A DNA stretch of 63,267 nucleotides, counting the filler, from Octopus bimaculoides (Eukaryota), in assembly GCF_001194135.2 (NCBI RefSeq). It is 5 parts of 5 records of this genome, joined end to end, with 100 filler letters (N's around TTAATTAATTAA, not from the genome) between each part and the next. Parts side by side here need not be neighbours in the genome. Positions count along the whole stretch, not along the records: positions 28,999 to 49,778 come from NC_069006.1; 4 more parts are not named here. The stretch is one strand, 5' to 3'. How positions within the stretch are numbered: position 1 is the stretch's first letter; the number at the start of each line of letters is the position of its first letter. The notes below the pieces were generated by a model that was given only the letters and a program-made list of their open reading frames with translations, was not told the origin of the DNA and searched no databases. Position numbers and translations under genes: made by a program. Positions 37,680 through 48,619 of the stretch are shown piece after piece.

Positions 37680-38641
37680 CTGATAAATTAAAAGAAAAAG
37701 TAAATAAACAAATAAATATACAGTGTGAGTGTGGGGAGGGGTCTGATCAATAAGTATCTGAACTGTTGCCATAGTAATGAAGCTAAAGCATGCAGAGTGA
37801 AGCCACTTGGCAGAGATTAACCTTGAACACTGCTGTGAATGCACACTAAGTTTTAACGTTCCAAACCGCTTCTGCTGTTTACAGCAATGCTTGGTAGGAA
37901 AGCGTGTAGCATGTGATCATCACATTGACCTTGACAGAGAAAGTTGAGCAGAGAATCTGCATCAAATTTTGCCAAAAGATTGGTGATACCTGCTCAAAGG
38001 TTTATGCAAAGTTTCAAAAAAGTCTCCATTGTTCTCAACACAATCAAGGAGATCTTGTGCAACTGAAACCCGAGTGTCATTTTGGTCTACTGAAAGCAGT
38101 TTTGGCACAAATTTGGCAGACACGCATCTCATACCCAAATCTTCAGTAATAATGGACTGAATTGAACCGTAACTAATCTGCGCATCCTTTGATAACTCAG
38201 GGATGGTGATTCAATGATTTCCCCTCACAGTTACACACACATCTGTGATGTTTTTCTCAGTTTTGCTGGTTCAGGTCTCCCAGAACATTCATCATGATCA
38301 ACATTTTTTCGAACATCTTGGAAACATCTGAACCACTCGTACACTTGGGTGCGGCTCATACACTCCTCTCCATACACTTTCTGCCACTTTGCCTAGGCCT
38401 CTGATCAGGTATCGCCATAACAACTTTCTTTGTCATGGTCAATGCAACGATTACACGCTACACACCTTCCTTCCAAGCACTGCTGTAAACAGCAGAAGTG
38501 AGCTAGAATGCTAAAACTTAGTGCACATGCACAGCAGTACCCAGGGTCAATCTGTGCGAAACGCCTTCACTCTGATTGCTTTAGCTTCGTTACTATGGCA
38601 ACAGTCCAGATACTTACTGATCAGACATTGTGTATAGTATA

Positions 38642-38714
<73 letters not shown>

Positions 38715-39155
38715 TTAATGCTTGTTTTTGTATTCATTAATTTTACTCACTTCTTGGCATAAAGTTGCCCCTTCAGGGGTCATACTCATGCAATTTTACA
38801 TTAATCTGATAGGTTACTTCTGTAGAGTACAAATTCATTATTGTTAAACAAGAATATTGTTGACAGACAATGGCTCAGCTGGCCAAAACTTCGAAGTCAC
38901 TGTCAACATTCTTGTCTAAGAATTATATCTATATATATATATGTGTGTATGTATATTCTTTAATTCTTCTACTTGTTTCAATCATTTGACTGCAGCCATG
39001 CTGGAGCACTGCCTTTAGTCAAACAAATCGACACTTGGTACTTATTCCATCAGTCTCTTTTGCCAAACCACTAAGTCACAGAGATGTAAACACACCAACA
39101 TTGGTTGTCAAGCAATGGTGGAGGAGACAAACAGACACACAAATGCACACATGTC

Positions 39156-39196
<41 letters not shown>

Positions 39197-39496
39197 NNNN
39201 NNNNNNNNNNNNNNNNNNNNNNNNNNNNNNNNNNNNNNNNNNNNNNNNNNNNNNNNNNNNNNNNNNNNNNNNNNNNNNNNNNNNNNNNNNNNNNNNNNNN
39301 NNNNNNNNNNNNNNNNNNNNNNNNNNNNNNNNNNNNNNNNNNNNNNNNNNNNNNNNNNNNNNNNNNNNNNNNNNNNNNNNNNNNNNNNNNNNNNNNNNNN
39401 NNNNNNNNNNNNNNNNNNNNNNNNNNNNNNNNNNNNNNNNNNNNNNNNNNNNNNNNNNNNNNNNNNNNNNNNNNNNNNNNNNNNNNNNNNNNNNNN

Positions 39497-39534
<38 letters not shown>

Positions 39535-40938
39535 GTATATGTTTGTCCCCCCAATATCACTTGACAACTGATGCTGGTGTGTTTACATCCCTGTAACTTA
39601 GCGGTTCAGCAAAACAGACCAATAGAATAAGTACTAGGCTTACAAGAATCGGTCCTGGGGTCGATTTGCTCAACACAGCCACTCATATATTACCGTGGGT
39701 GTGGGTGTGTGTGTGTTGGTGTGTGTGTGTGTTGGTGTGTGTGTGTGTTGGTGTGTGTGTGCATAAGATTGTGACTATCTATGGATGAGATGATATCTTT
39801 GTGTGACTATAAGCCTATATGACTGTACAATTGTGTGACCATATGACCCTTGCTCCTCACAGCTAGCTGCTTTTGCATCCCCACAACCCATTCATTTTTT
39901 TTCCACCTCTTATCACTCTACCTCCAACCCCCTCCAGCCTCCACACTAACCAATCCTTACTCCCCATATCATGATTTCCCCTGGAATCTCCTCTCTGCTC
40001 ATGTCTTTCCTGAAGATGTTGACCTGTTATGGCTTAAACAGAACATTAACAACATCAACTGCACTGGTTTCAAAGGACCTTTATACGATGATGGGCACTG
40101 CCCCTTCTTTCAGATTCAGAAAATATGACTATGTCACTCCGTGATTATGTTTGTGTTTTTATGTGATTATGTGGCTCCATACTTATATGACTATATGTCT
40201 GTGTGTCTATGTACCCATGTGACTATGTGACAATATGATGATGTGCCCATGTGACTAAACATCTATGTGCTCTTGTGGTTAAGTGACTATATGACTATGT
40301 GTCCATGTATCAATGTCACTATGTGTCTATGAGACCATGTGTCTATGTGACTATATCTGTGAGTCTATGGGACTATGTTACTGAGTCTATGACATATAAC
40401 CATATGACAAATTGTGTGAATGTGCCTACATGTATATGTTATGATGTGTCAATGTATCCATGTGACAAGGACTATGCAATTACATGTCTATGTGACTATA
40501 TGACTATGCGACTATATACATATATAACAATATGTGTATGTATACAACTATATATATATATGTGCATATGCATGAGTGGCTGTATGTATGTGACTATTTG
40601 TCTCTGTCGGTGTTCCTCAAAGTGGCAGTCCACGAGCCATCAGCTGCCGCTACGCAGCGAGTTTCCAGAAAAGACAGAAACATTATAAAATGCTTACGTA
40701 ATATTGTATAATTTGTTTACAAAATAAATATAAGATTAAAAAAATTGTCAGCTTTTATTATATTCATTATATATATTGTTTCTGGTATAAATTAATATTA
40801 CTAAGAAATAATATTACCGGTCCCTGGCACATTCGGAAAAAAAAACTGCCAGTACACCACATCTGATAGTTTGAGAAGCACTGGTCTTTGTGACAATGTG
40901 TATGTGATTGTGTAGGTGATTATATGTGCATGCAACTA

Positions 40939-40973
<35 letters not shown>

Positions 40974-43900
40974 TTATAGGCCTACATGTCTATGTGGCTA
41001 TATGATAATGTGACTGTGATATGTGTCTGTATGTCTGGGTGTCCATGTGACTACTACGTTAGAACAGAGTGTTTGAACTCACCAGGAGAATTCAGATATT
41101 CTTCACAAGAGCCAAGAATGACATTTCGGTCTCTGTCGGTGCAGAGGAAGATACCTGCAACACAGGAGAGAGAGCATTGATTATGGGAGTACATGGAGGA
41201 AAGGATAACATGGAGTACTGAAGTACATGGGGAATATGAGAACATGGGTTAGAGTACATATAGAATAGGGCAACATGGAGTATTGGAGTACATGGGGGAA
41301 TAACATGAAGTCATGAGTGTTGGAGTACACAAAGAATATGAGAGTATGGGTTAGAGTACACAGAGAATAGAACAACATGGAGGATAGGACAACATGAAAT
41401 ATTAAAGAAAACATGGAGAATAGGGCACTGAAGACAGTCAGGTGTGGCAACATGTGTGTGCATGAATATATGTCAATGTAGCTGTGTGTGTGTATGTATG
41501 TGTGTGCATATGTGAGTGAAGGTACATGGCTTAGTGGTTAGGGCATTCGGCTCACAATCATAAGGTTGTGAGTTCAACTCCTGGTAGCACACTGTGTCCT
41601 TGAGCAAGATACTTTATTTCACATTGCTCCAGTTTACCCAACTGGCAAAAATGAGTAGTACCTGTAATTCAAAAGGGCCAGCCTTGTCACATTTTGTGTC
41701 ATGCAGAATCTCCCTGAGAACTATTTTAAGGGTACACGTGTCCGTGGAGTGCTCAGCCATCTTCCACCTTAGTCTTACAAGTAGGCCATTCCATTGATCA
41801 GATGGACTGGAACCCTTGTTGCCATAACTGCCCGAGTGCCAATGTGTGTAAGACTATGTCTATGGGGCTATGTAGCAATGTGACTATATGACTACGGGAC
41901 TAATTAGGAAGATAATTAATTAACTTAGGTAATGAGTTTATGCTAGGACAGGGTACTTCTGGTACTCTCTTCTTAGGTGAGACAGCTAGAGAAGTTCTTA
42001 GCTGAGAGTAAACTCCTGTCATCATCATCATTTAACGTCTGTTGTCCATGCTGGCATGGGTTGGACGGTTTGACTGGACTGGCACGTTGGAAGGCTGCAC
42101 CAGGATCCAGTCTGGTTTGGCATGGTTTTCTACAGCCCTTCCTAACGCCAACCACTCTGAGAGTGTAATGAGTGCTTTATATGTGCCACCGGCACAGGTG
42201 CCATTTGTGTGACACTGGTATCTGCCACAACTACGATTTTGCTCGGGCTTGATGGATCTTCTTCTGAAGCACAACATAATGCCAAAGGTCTGTCATTGCC
42301 TCCGTGAGGCCCAACACCCGAAAGGGGCTCAGCCACTTTGCCTCCAGTATTAACTGAGCTGGAGAAGACCCTTGACAGGTTACCATGGTCTGTAGTATGT
42401 TGAACCAGGAATGGTCTCAGGCAGGTTGGTGTCAAAATGGTTGAGTGGCAACATAAGCAGGTTGAGAAAGAAGGAACAGATGTACAGGAGTAATAATGAA
42501 AAGTAAAATTACCCGTGAAATCAATTCTTTGAAATACTCAGAACACTTCCTACAAATAGTTGATAGGTTCTGTTCCCTTTTGAAATACAGGTACTACTCA
42601 TTTGTACCAGCTGAGTAGGCTGGAGCAACGTGAAATAAAGTGTCTTGCTCAAGGACACAATGCACTATCAGGAGTTGAACTCACAACTTTACGATTGTGA
42701 GCTGAATACCCTGTAACCACCAAAGCTGAGATGGAGTTTCAAAAGCAGAGGAGACCAAATAAGAGCTGGGTTGAAAATGATTGGCAAACCATCGCCTCAG
42801 TTGCTAAGGCAACCAGGTTTAGATAAATAGCTTATGATGCATTAGTATAAGCAGTTAGCAAGATGACTCAGCAATCAGTTCGGTAAGGAATTTAGTACAC
42901 AGGTAGGTATCCATCATGGAGAGGTGGTGGGGTGTCAATTCTCAGCCCCTGTACCCTACACACACACTCTCTACTTCCTGGTTTTTATAGTTTTCCATGC
43001 CATAAGAGAAGAGTTCATTCATGGCTGGTCGTCTACAGGAAAATTTACATAATGATGAATTTGTCAAAGAATTAGAGAAGGAATTCCAGATGTTGAAGCA
43101 AAGCCTAGACTCCTGGGGTCATAACATAAACCTAACAAAGGCAGAAGTTTTAGTTTCGTAACAAAGAAGACAGAACTCTGCTGTCCTTACTCCCACTACC
43201 ACCACGGTATGCTACCCCTCCACACACACACAAACACCACCACCACAGCCACAGTTCACTAATATCCAGCCACCACCACCACCACCACCACCATCACCAA
43301 AGTATCTTGCTGCAACTACCATAAAAAAGCCTCTCACCTATCAGTGTTCGTCCATCGCTCATTTTAATCTTCATGTTTTTATTCAGCCATCTCTGTAACT
43401 TCCTTCGTCCATCTATCACAGAAATTTCGTCACATGATTCTCCACATTCACCATCCTGAAAAACATCATCATCATCATTATAATCATAATTACTATTATT
43501 AAGGCGGTGTGCTAGAAAAATTGTTAGCACTCTGGGAAAAGGACTTAATGGCATTTCATCCATCTTTGTTCTGAGTTCAAATTTCCTCTGAGGTCGACTT
43601 GCCTTTCATCCTTTCAGGGTCAATAAAATAAGTACCAGTTATGCCCTGGAGCTGATATAATCAACTAGCCCTCTCCCCAACAATTTCAAGCCTTGTGTCT
43701 ACAGTAGAAAGGGTTAGGGCAGCGAGCTGGCAGAATCGTTAGCACACCGGGCAAAATGCTTAGTGGTATTTTGTCTGACTTTACGTTCTGAGTTCAAATT
43801 CTGCCAAGGTCGACTTTGCCTTTCATCCTTTTGGGGTCGATTAAATAAGTACCAGTTACACACTGGGGTCAATGTAATCAACTCAATCCCTTTGTCTGTC

Positions 43901-45043
43901 ATTGTTTGTCCCCTCTATGTTTAGCCCCTTGTGGGCAATAAAGAAATAAATTATTATTATTATTATTATCATTATTATTATTATAGCAGCAAGCTGACAG
44001 AATTGTTAGCACATTAGGAAAAATGCTTAATAGCTTTTTGTCTTTGTTAAGGTTCTGAGTTCAAATTCCATCAAGGTTGGCTTGTGTCTTTCATCTTTTT
44101 GGGGGTCAATAAAATAAGTACCAGTTGAGGACCAGGACCAATATAATGAGCTGGCCTTGTGCCAAAATTTGAAACCATTACGTCATCATAGAAATGTATT
44201 GTAGAACAAGTAAAAAGATATATTTTTCATCGCATAAATATTGAACAGTATATATAAAGGACAGAAATCCTTTTAAGAGCAGAAAAATCTGCCAGCATCA
44301 GGTGGCAAAATGCTCAGTGACATTTTGTCCATCTTTCTGATCTGAGTTCGAATTCCATCAGGGTCAACTTTGCCGTTTATCCTTTTGGGGTCGATAAAAT
44401 AGGTACCAGTTGAGCACTGGGGTTGATGTAATCAATCTGCCCCCTCCGCTAAATTCTAGACTTTGTGCCTATAGCAGAAAGGATCATCATTATCATCATT
44501 GTCATCATTGTCATCATCATCTTCACATACTTAAAGGTATAATAATGACTTTCCAGACACTGATAATCTGGAACATCTTATAATCCACACTAATCTACAG
44601 GTACCTGTATATTAATTAAATTATTTAAGAAAATTTAGTTGCCCAAGGTTACCCTACCTGGGTCAGAAGAATCAGTCATCAAAAGAGGCTAGGGAAAGGT
44701 TCCAGAAAATCAATGTTATACCTGTATCACCATCATAATTATCAGTATTATTAATATCATCATCATCATTATTATTATTATTATTATTATTGAAGGTGGT
44801 GAGCTGGCAGAATCGTTATCACACCAGGTGAAATGCTTAGTAGTATTTTGTCAGTCACTACATTCTCAGTTCAAATTCCGCCGAGGTCGACTTTGCCTTT
44901 CATCCTTTTTGGGGGTCGATGAAATAAGTACCAGTTACATGCTGGAGCTGATATAATCAACTAGCCCCCTTCCCAAAATAGTTTCAAGCCCTTGTGCCTA
45001 GAGTAGAAATGATTATTATTACTATCGTTATTAGTATTATTAC

Positions 45044-45100
<57 letters not shown>

Positions 45101-45331
45101 TACTACTACTACTAAGGTGGTGAGCTGGCAGAATCGTTAGCACACCAGGCAAAATGCCTAGTGGTATTTTGTCCATCCTTACACTCCAAGTTCAAATTTC
45201 ACCGAGGTCAACTTTGCCTTTCATCCTTTCAGGGTCAATGAAATAAGTACCAGTTAAGTACTGGGGTTAATGTAATCAACTAGCCACCCCCCTCTCCTCA
45301 AATTTCTGCTCCTGTGCCTAAAGTAGAAAGG

Positions 45332-45370
<39 letters not shown>

Positions 45371-48300
45371 GTTGTTATTATTAGGGCAATGAGCTGGCAA
45401 ATTTGTTAGCATGCCAGGCAAAACATTTAGCAGCATTTAATCCATCGTCACATTCCCAGTTCAAGTTCCACTACTTGTTGCTCATACAAAAGAATTTTTG
45501 GAATACGGTCATCTTTCATTTGAAAAACGTCCTGCCCATCTGCACTGAATCCTCATCAGCATGCTTTTTGATGCTGGAGATATGGTTTTCTAAGATTTTG
45601 ACATTTGATATCTTATCTTGCCATTTTGCGCTGCAGAACCAGCGCAGACAGCACATGTGCAAGGTTTCAAGTTTCTGTAGAAGAGAGTCCATGCTTCTGC
45701 CCAATACAAAAGTGTGCTCAGAGCACAAGATTTGTATACAGTTATTGACCCTGAGTGAGTGAGCAAATGAAAGAAAAAGGGCACTTAACACATTTAGTAA
45801 GAGTTGTATTTCTCCATTCAGTAATCTAAAACCTGAAAGAGACGAATTTCTGTTAGGAGCCGACAAAACTTTAAGTGGCATGGAGCCGAATCAAACTGTT
45901 TTCAATAATATAAATGTGTGTGTGTGTGTGTGTGTGTGTTACATTTTATATATTTCTCTTATTTTAAGTATATTTTCTGTCTATATTTGTAGCATGTTCA
46001 GGACAGACCATTTTAAATGTATTAATGCACTGTTCAAATAGTTTGATGCGTATTTATATATGAAAGAAGCATGAATTTGGTATTTTTGAAAGTTGGGAAA
46101 ATGTCTCTTCATAATAAAGTTTTGTCAGCTCCTAACAGAAATTCGTCTCTTTCAGGTTTTAGATTACTGAATGGAGAAATACAACTCTTACTAAATGTGT
46201 TAAGCACCTTTTTCTTTCATTTGCCCAAGCTATGTGGTACATACCTTATTCAGCTCACAATCGTAAGGTCATGAGTTCAATTCCTGGCAGCGCGTTGTGT
46301 CCTTGAGCAAGACACTTTATTTCACATTGCTCCAGTTCACTCAGCTGGTAAAAATGAGTTGTACCTGTAATTAACGAGCCAGCCTTGTCACACTCTGTGT
46401 CACGCTGAATCTTCCTGAGAACAACATTAAAGGTACACATGTCTATGGAGTGTTCAGCCACTTGCACATTAATTTCACGAGCAGGCTGTTCCATTGATCA
46501 GATCAACTGGAATCCCCGTTGGTTCCAATGGAGTGCTAGTATATATATATATATATATGGAGGTGCAATGGCCCAGTGGTTAGGGCAGCGGACTCGCGGT
46601 TGGAGGATCGTGGTTTCGATTCCAAGACTGGGCGTTGTGTGTGTTTATTGAGTGAAAACACCTAAAGCTCCACGAGGCTCTGGCAGTGGGGGGTGACCCC
46701 TGTTGTACTCTTTCACCCCAACTTTCTTCCTGTTTCTTGAGTAACGCTGCGATGGACTAGCGTCCCATCCAGCTGGGAGGAACACATACGCCATAGAAAC
46801 CGGGAAACCAGGCCTATGAGCCTGGCTAGGCTTTAAAAGGGCGCATAAAATAAAAATAAATATATATATATGTATGTATGTATATATAATACACACACAC
46901 ACTTAGAAGAGACATTTAATATATGGAATCAATGTAATTATTCCTTTAGAACATTTACTCCAAGTTTGAAGTAAAATAATTAATAACCAACATGAATCTC
47001 AGAGTAACGATTTAAGAAACTTCATTTTTGACTGTGTGGTAAGAAGCTTACTTCCCAACCACATGGTTCGAGGTTCAGTCCCACTGTGTGGCATCTTGAG
47101 TGTCTTCTACAATAGCATTGGGCTGACCAGAGCTTTGTGAGTGGATTTGGTAGACCCAGACTGAAACCAGCCTGTCGTGTGTATATATATATATATATAT
47201 ATNNNNNNNNNNNNNNNNNNNNNNNNNNNNNNNNNNNNNNNNNNNNNNNNNNNNNNNNNNNNNNNNNNNNNNNNNNNNNNNNNNNNNNNNNNNNNNNNNN
47301 NNNNNNNNNNNNNNNNNNNNNNNNNNNNNNNNNNNNNNNNNNNNNNNNNNNNNNNNNNNNNNNNNNNNNNNNNNNNNNNNNNNNNNNNNNNNNNNNNNNN
47401 NNNNNNNNNNNNNNNNNNNNNNNNNNNNNNNNNNNNNNNNNNNNNNNNNNNNNNNNNNNNNNNNNNNNNNNNNNNNNNNNNNNNNNNNNNNNNNNNNNNN
47501 NNNNNNNNNNNNNNNNNNNNNNNNNNNNNNNNNNNNNNNNNNNNNNNNNNNNNNNNNNNNNNNNNNNNNNNNNNNNNNNNNNNNNNNNNNNNNNNNNNNN
47601 NNNNNNNNNNNNNNNNNNNNNNNNNNNNNNNNNNNNNNNNNNNNNNNNNNNNNNNNNNNNNNNNNNNNNNNNNNNNNNNNNNNNNNNNNNNNNNNNNNNN
47701 NNNNNNNNNNNNNNNNNNNNNNNNNNNNNNNNNNNNNNNNNNNNNNNNNNNNNNNNNNNNNNNNNNNNNNNNNNNNNNNNNNNNNNNNNNNNNNNNNNNN
47801 NNNNNNNNNNNNNNNNNNNNNNNNNNNNNNNNNNNNNNNNNNNNNNNNNNNNNNNNNNNNNNNNNNNNNNNNNNNNNNNNNNNNNNNNNNNNNNNNNNNN
47901 TTCGTCTGCTGTTACGTTCTGAGTTCAAATTCAGCCGAGGTCGACTTTGCTTTTCATCCTTTCGGGGTCGATTAAATGAGTACCAGTTACGCACTGGGTC
48001 GATATAATCGACTTAATCCCTTTGTCTGTCCTTGTTTGTCCCCTCTATGTTTAGTCTCTTGCGGGCAATAAAGAAATAAGAAACGTTAACACGCAGGGCG
48101 AAATGTTTAGCGGTATTTCGTCTGTCTTTACGTTCAAATTCTGCCGAGATCGACTTTGCTTTTCATCCTTTCGGGGTCGATAAATCAAGTACCAGTTGCG
48201 TACTGAGGTCGATCTCCCAAAATTTCGGGCCTTGTGCCAAGAGTAGAAAAGAATAATTCACACACCTCATCAAAACGTCTGAAGAAAATACAGTCAAAGT

Positions 48301-48619
48301 GTGTGAAGTATCTGGTCATCCCCAACCCCACCATTTTTTTTTAACTACATCAGATTCCGACATAATATTAATCTACACAATATGAAAGGTATTGGCAGAA
48401 AAATTTTATTTAAAAATATCCAATTTTCAGTAAGTTATGAGGAAATAATTCCAGGTGTGGATTATCCGAAAACATTTTCACAGCAAGTTCCAATATAACT
48501 CAAATCTACACTATCTAAATTCTCTGGAAAATTTCATTTGCAAATATAGATTTCTCGGAAAGTTATAAAGAAACAAAGACAATAAGGATTCATACATTTG
48601 TAGTTTTGCGTTCTTCCAT
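37567..48619 (-). CDS. NAA38: N-alpha-acetyltransferase 38 / LSM domain-containing protein 1 (NatC auxiliary subunit); join 48619-48596, 43455-43338, 41154-41083, 37679-37567; 108 aa
   Basis: Spliced translation [108 protein letters not shown]. It matches the LSMD1/NAA38 Sm fold as I recall it (human [38 protein letters not shown]...[20 protein letters not shown]). All introns are GT-AG and phases are consistent (0,1,1); 327 nt total. Confidence 0.93.
37741..38626. mobile_element. Mariner-derived foldback: two left ends joined tail-to-tail
   Basis: 206-bp inverted arms (37741-37946 and 38421-38626). + arm encodes EKVEQRICIKFCQKIGDT. The - arm continues QKVYGEECMSRTQVYEWF...LGMRCVSAKFVPKLLSVDQ...RVSVAQDLL, a mariner transposase N-terminus. 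Confidence 0.85.
38960..39680. mobile_element. Two SINE A-C 3' modules in inverted orientation (about 38960-39130 minus; 39540-39680 plus)
   Basis: Reverse-complement similarity over about 120 bp, separated by (TA)n and a 300-N gap. Confidence 0.78.
39760..40600. repeat. Degenerate ATGTGACTAT-type minisatellite
   Basis: The GTGACTAT motif recurs many times, with a unique pyrimidine-rich interruption at about 39850-40120. Confidence 0.7.
40608..40883. mobile_element. hAT (Charlie-like) MITE
   Basis: TIRs CGGTGTTCCTCAAA / TTTGAGAAGCACTG; 8-bp TSD GTCTCTGT / GTCTTTGT. Confidence 0.82.
41083..41154 (-). CDS. NAA38: NAA38 exon 3 ([23 protein letters not shown])
   Basis: ctcctgtgttgcAG acceptor, GTGAGT donor, 72 nt, phase 1/1; near-identical to the conserved FLCTDRDxNVILGS motif. 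Confidence 0.96.
41517..41843 (+). mobile_element. SINE family D
   Basis: Full-length match to the 25143 copy. Confidence 0.88.
42020..42310 (-). mobile_element. SINE family G
   Basis: (CAT)n tail then TTTAACGTCTGTTGTCCATGCTGGCATGGGTTGGACGG...CTTCCTAACGCCAACCACTC. Confidence 0.8.
42575..42720 (-). mobile_element. SINE family D (5' half)
   Basis: Reverse complement of the D head and core. Confidence 0.85.
43338..43455 (-). CDS. NAA38: NAA38 exon 2 (DGECGE...MSDGRTLI-G)
   Basis: tttttcAG acceptor, GTGAGA donor, 118 nt; contains the Sm1 motif [17 protein letters not shown]. Confidence 0.95.
43502..45470 (+). mobile_element. Array of seven SINE family F copies with (TAT)n/(CAT)n spacers
   Basis: Copies start at about 43502, 43716, 43985, 44285, 44793, 45114 and 45383 (last one truncated). 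Confidence 0.9.
45470..45755 (-). mobile_element. RTE-clade LINE fragment
   Basis: TVYKSCALSTLLYWAEAWTL, LHMCCLRWFCSAKWQDKISNVKILE and MKDDRIPKILLY match post-RT RTE motifs; frameshifted. Confidence 0.8.
45763..46224. mobile_element. MITE-like element with near-perfect 110-bp inverted arms
   Basis: Arms 45763-45873 and 46115-46224 differ by 3 substitutions and 1 indel (manual count); no TSD found. Confidence 0.75.
46240..46850 (+). mobile_element. SINE D (46240-46533) followed via (TA)n by SINE B (46558-46850)
   Basis: Matches to the D consensus and to the B head with the alternative B tail (GAGTAACGCTGCGATGGACTAGCGTCCC...). Confidence 0.88.
47030..48257 (+). mobile_element. SINE A head (47030-47185), gap, then two SINE F copies (47901-48080, 48081-48257)
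   Basis: Consensus matches; the F copies retain their CpGs. Confidence 0.85.
48596..48619 (-). CDS. NAA38: NAA38 putative first coding exon (MEERKTTN)
   Basis: ATG in strong context (acgATGg), 8 codons, then GTATGA donor in phase 0, matching the phase-0 acceptor of the next exon. Short and not homology-supported. Confidence 0.5.

Noticed and set aside
37741-38626. Active or domesticated mariner transposase gene
   Set aside because: Only the N-terminal part is present, with stops, a deletion and frameshifts; no catalytic DD34D domain.
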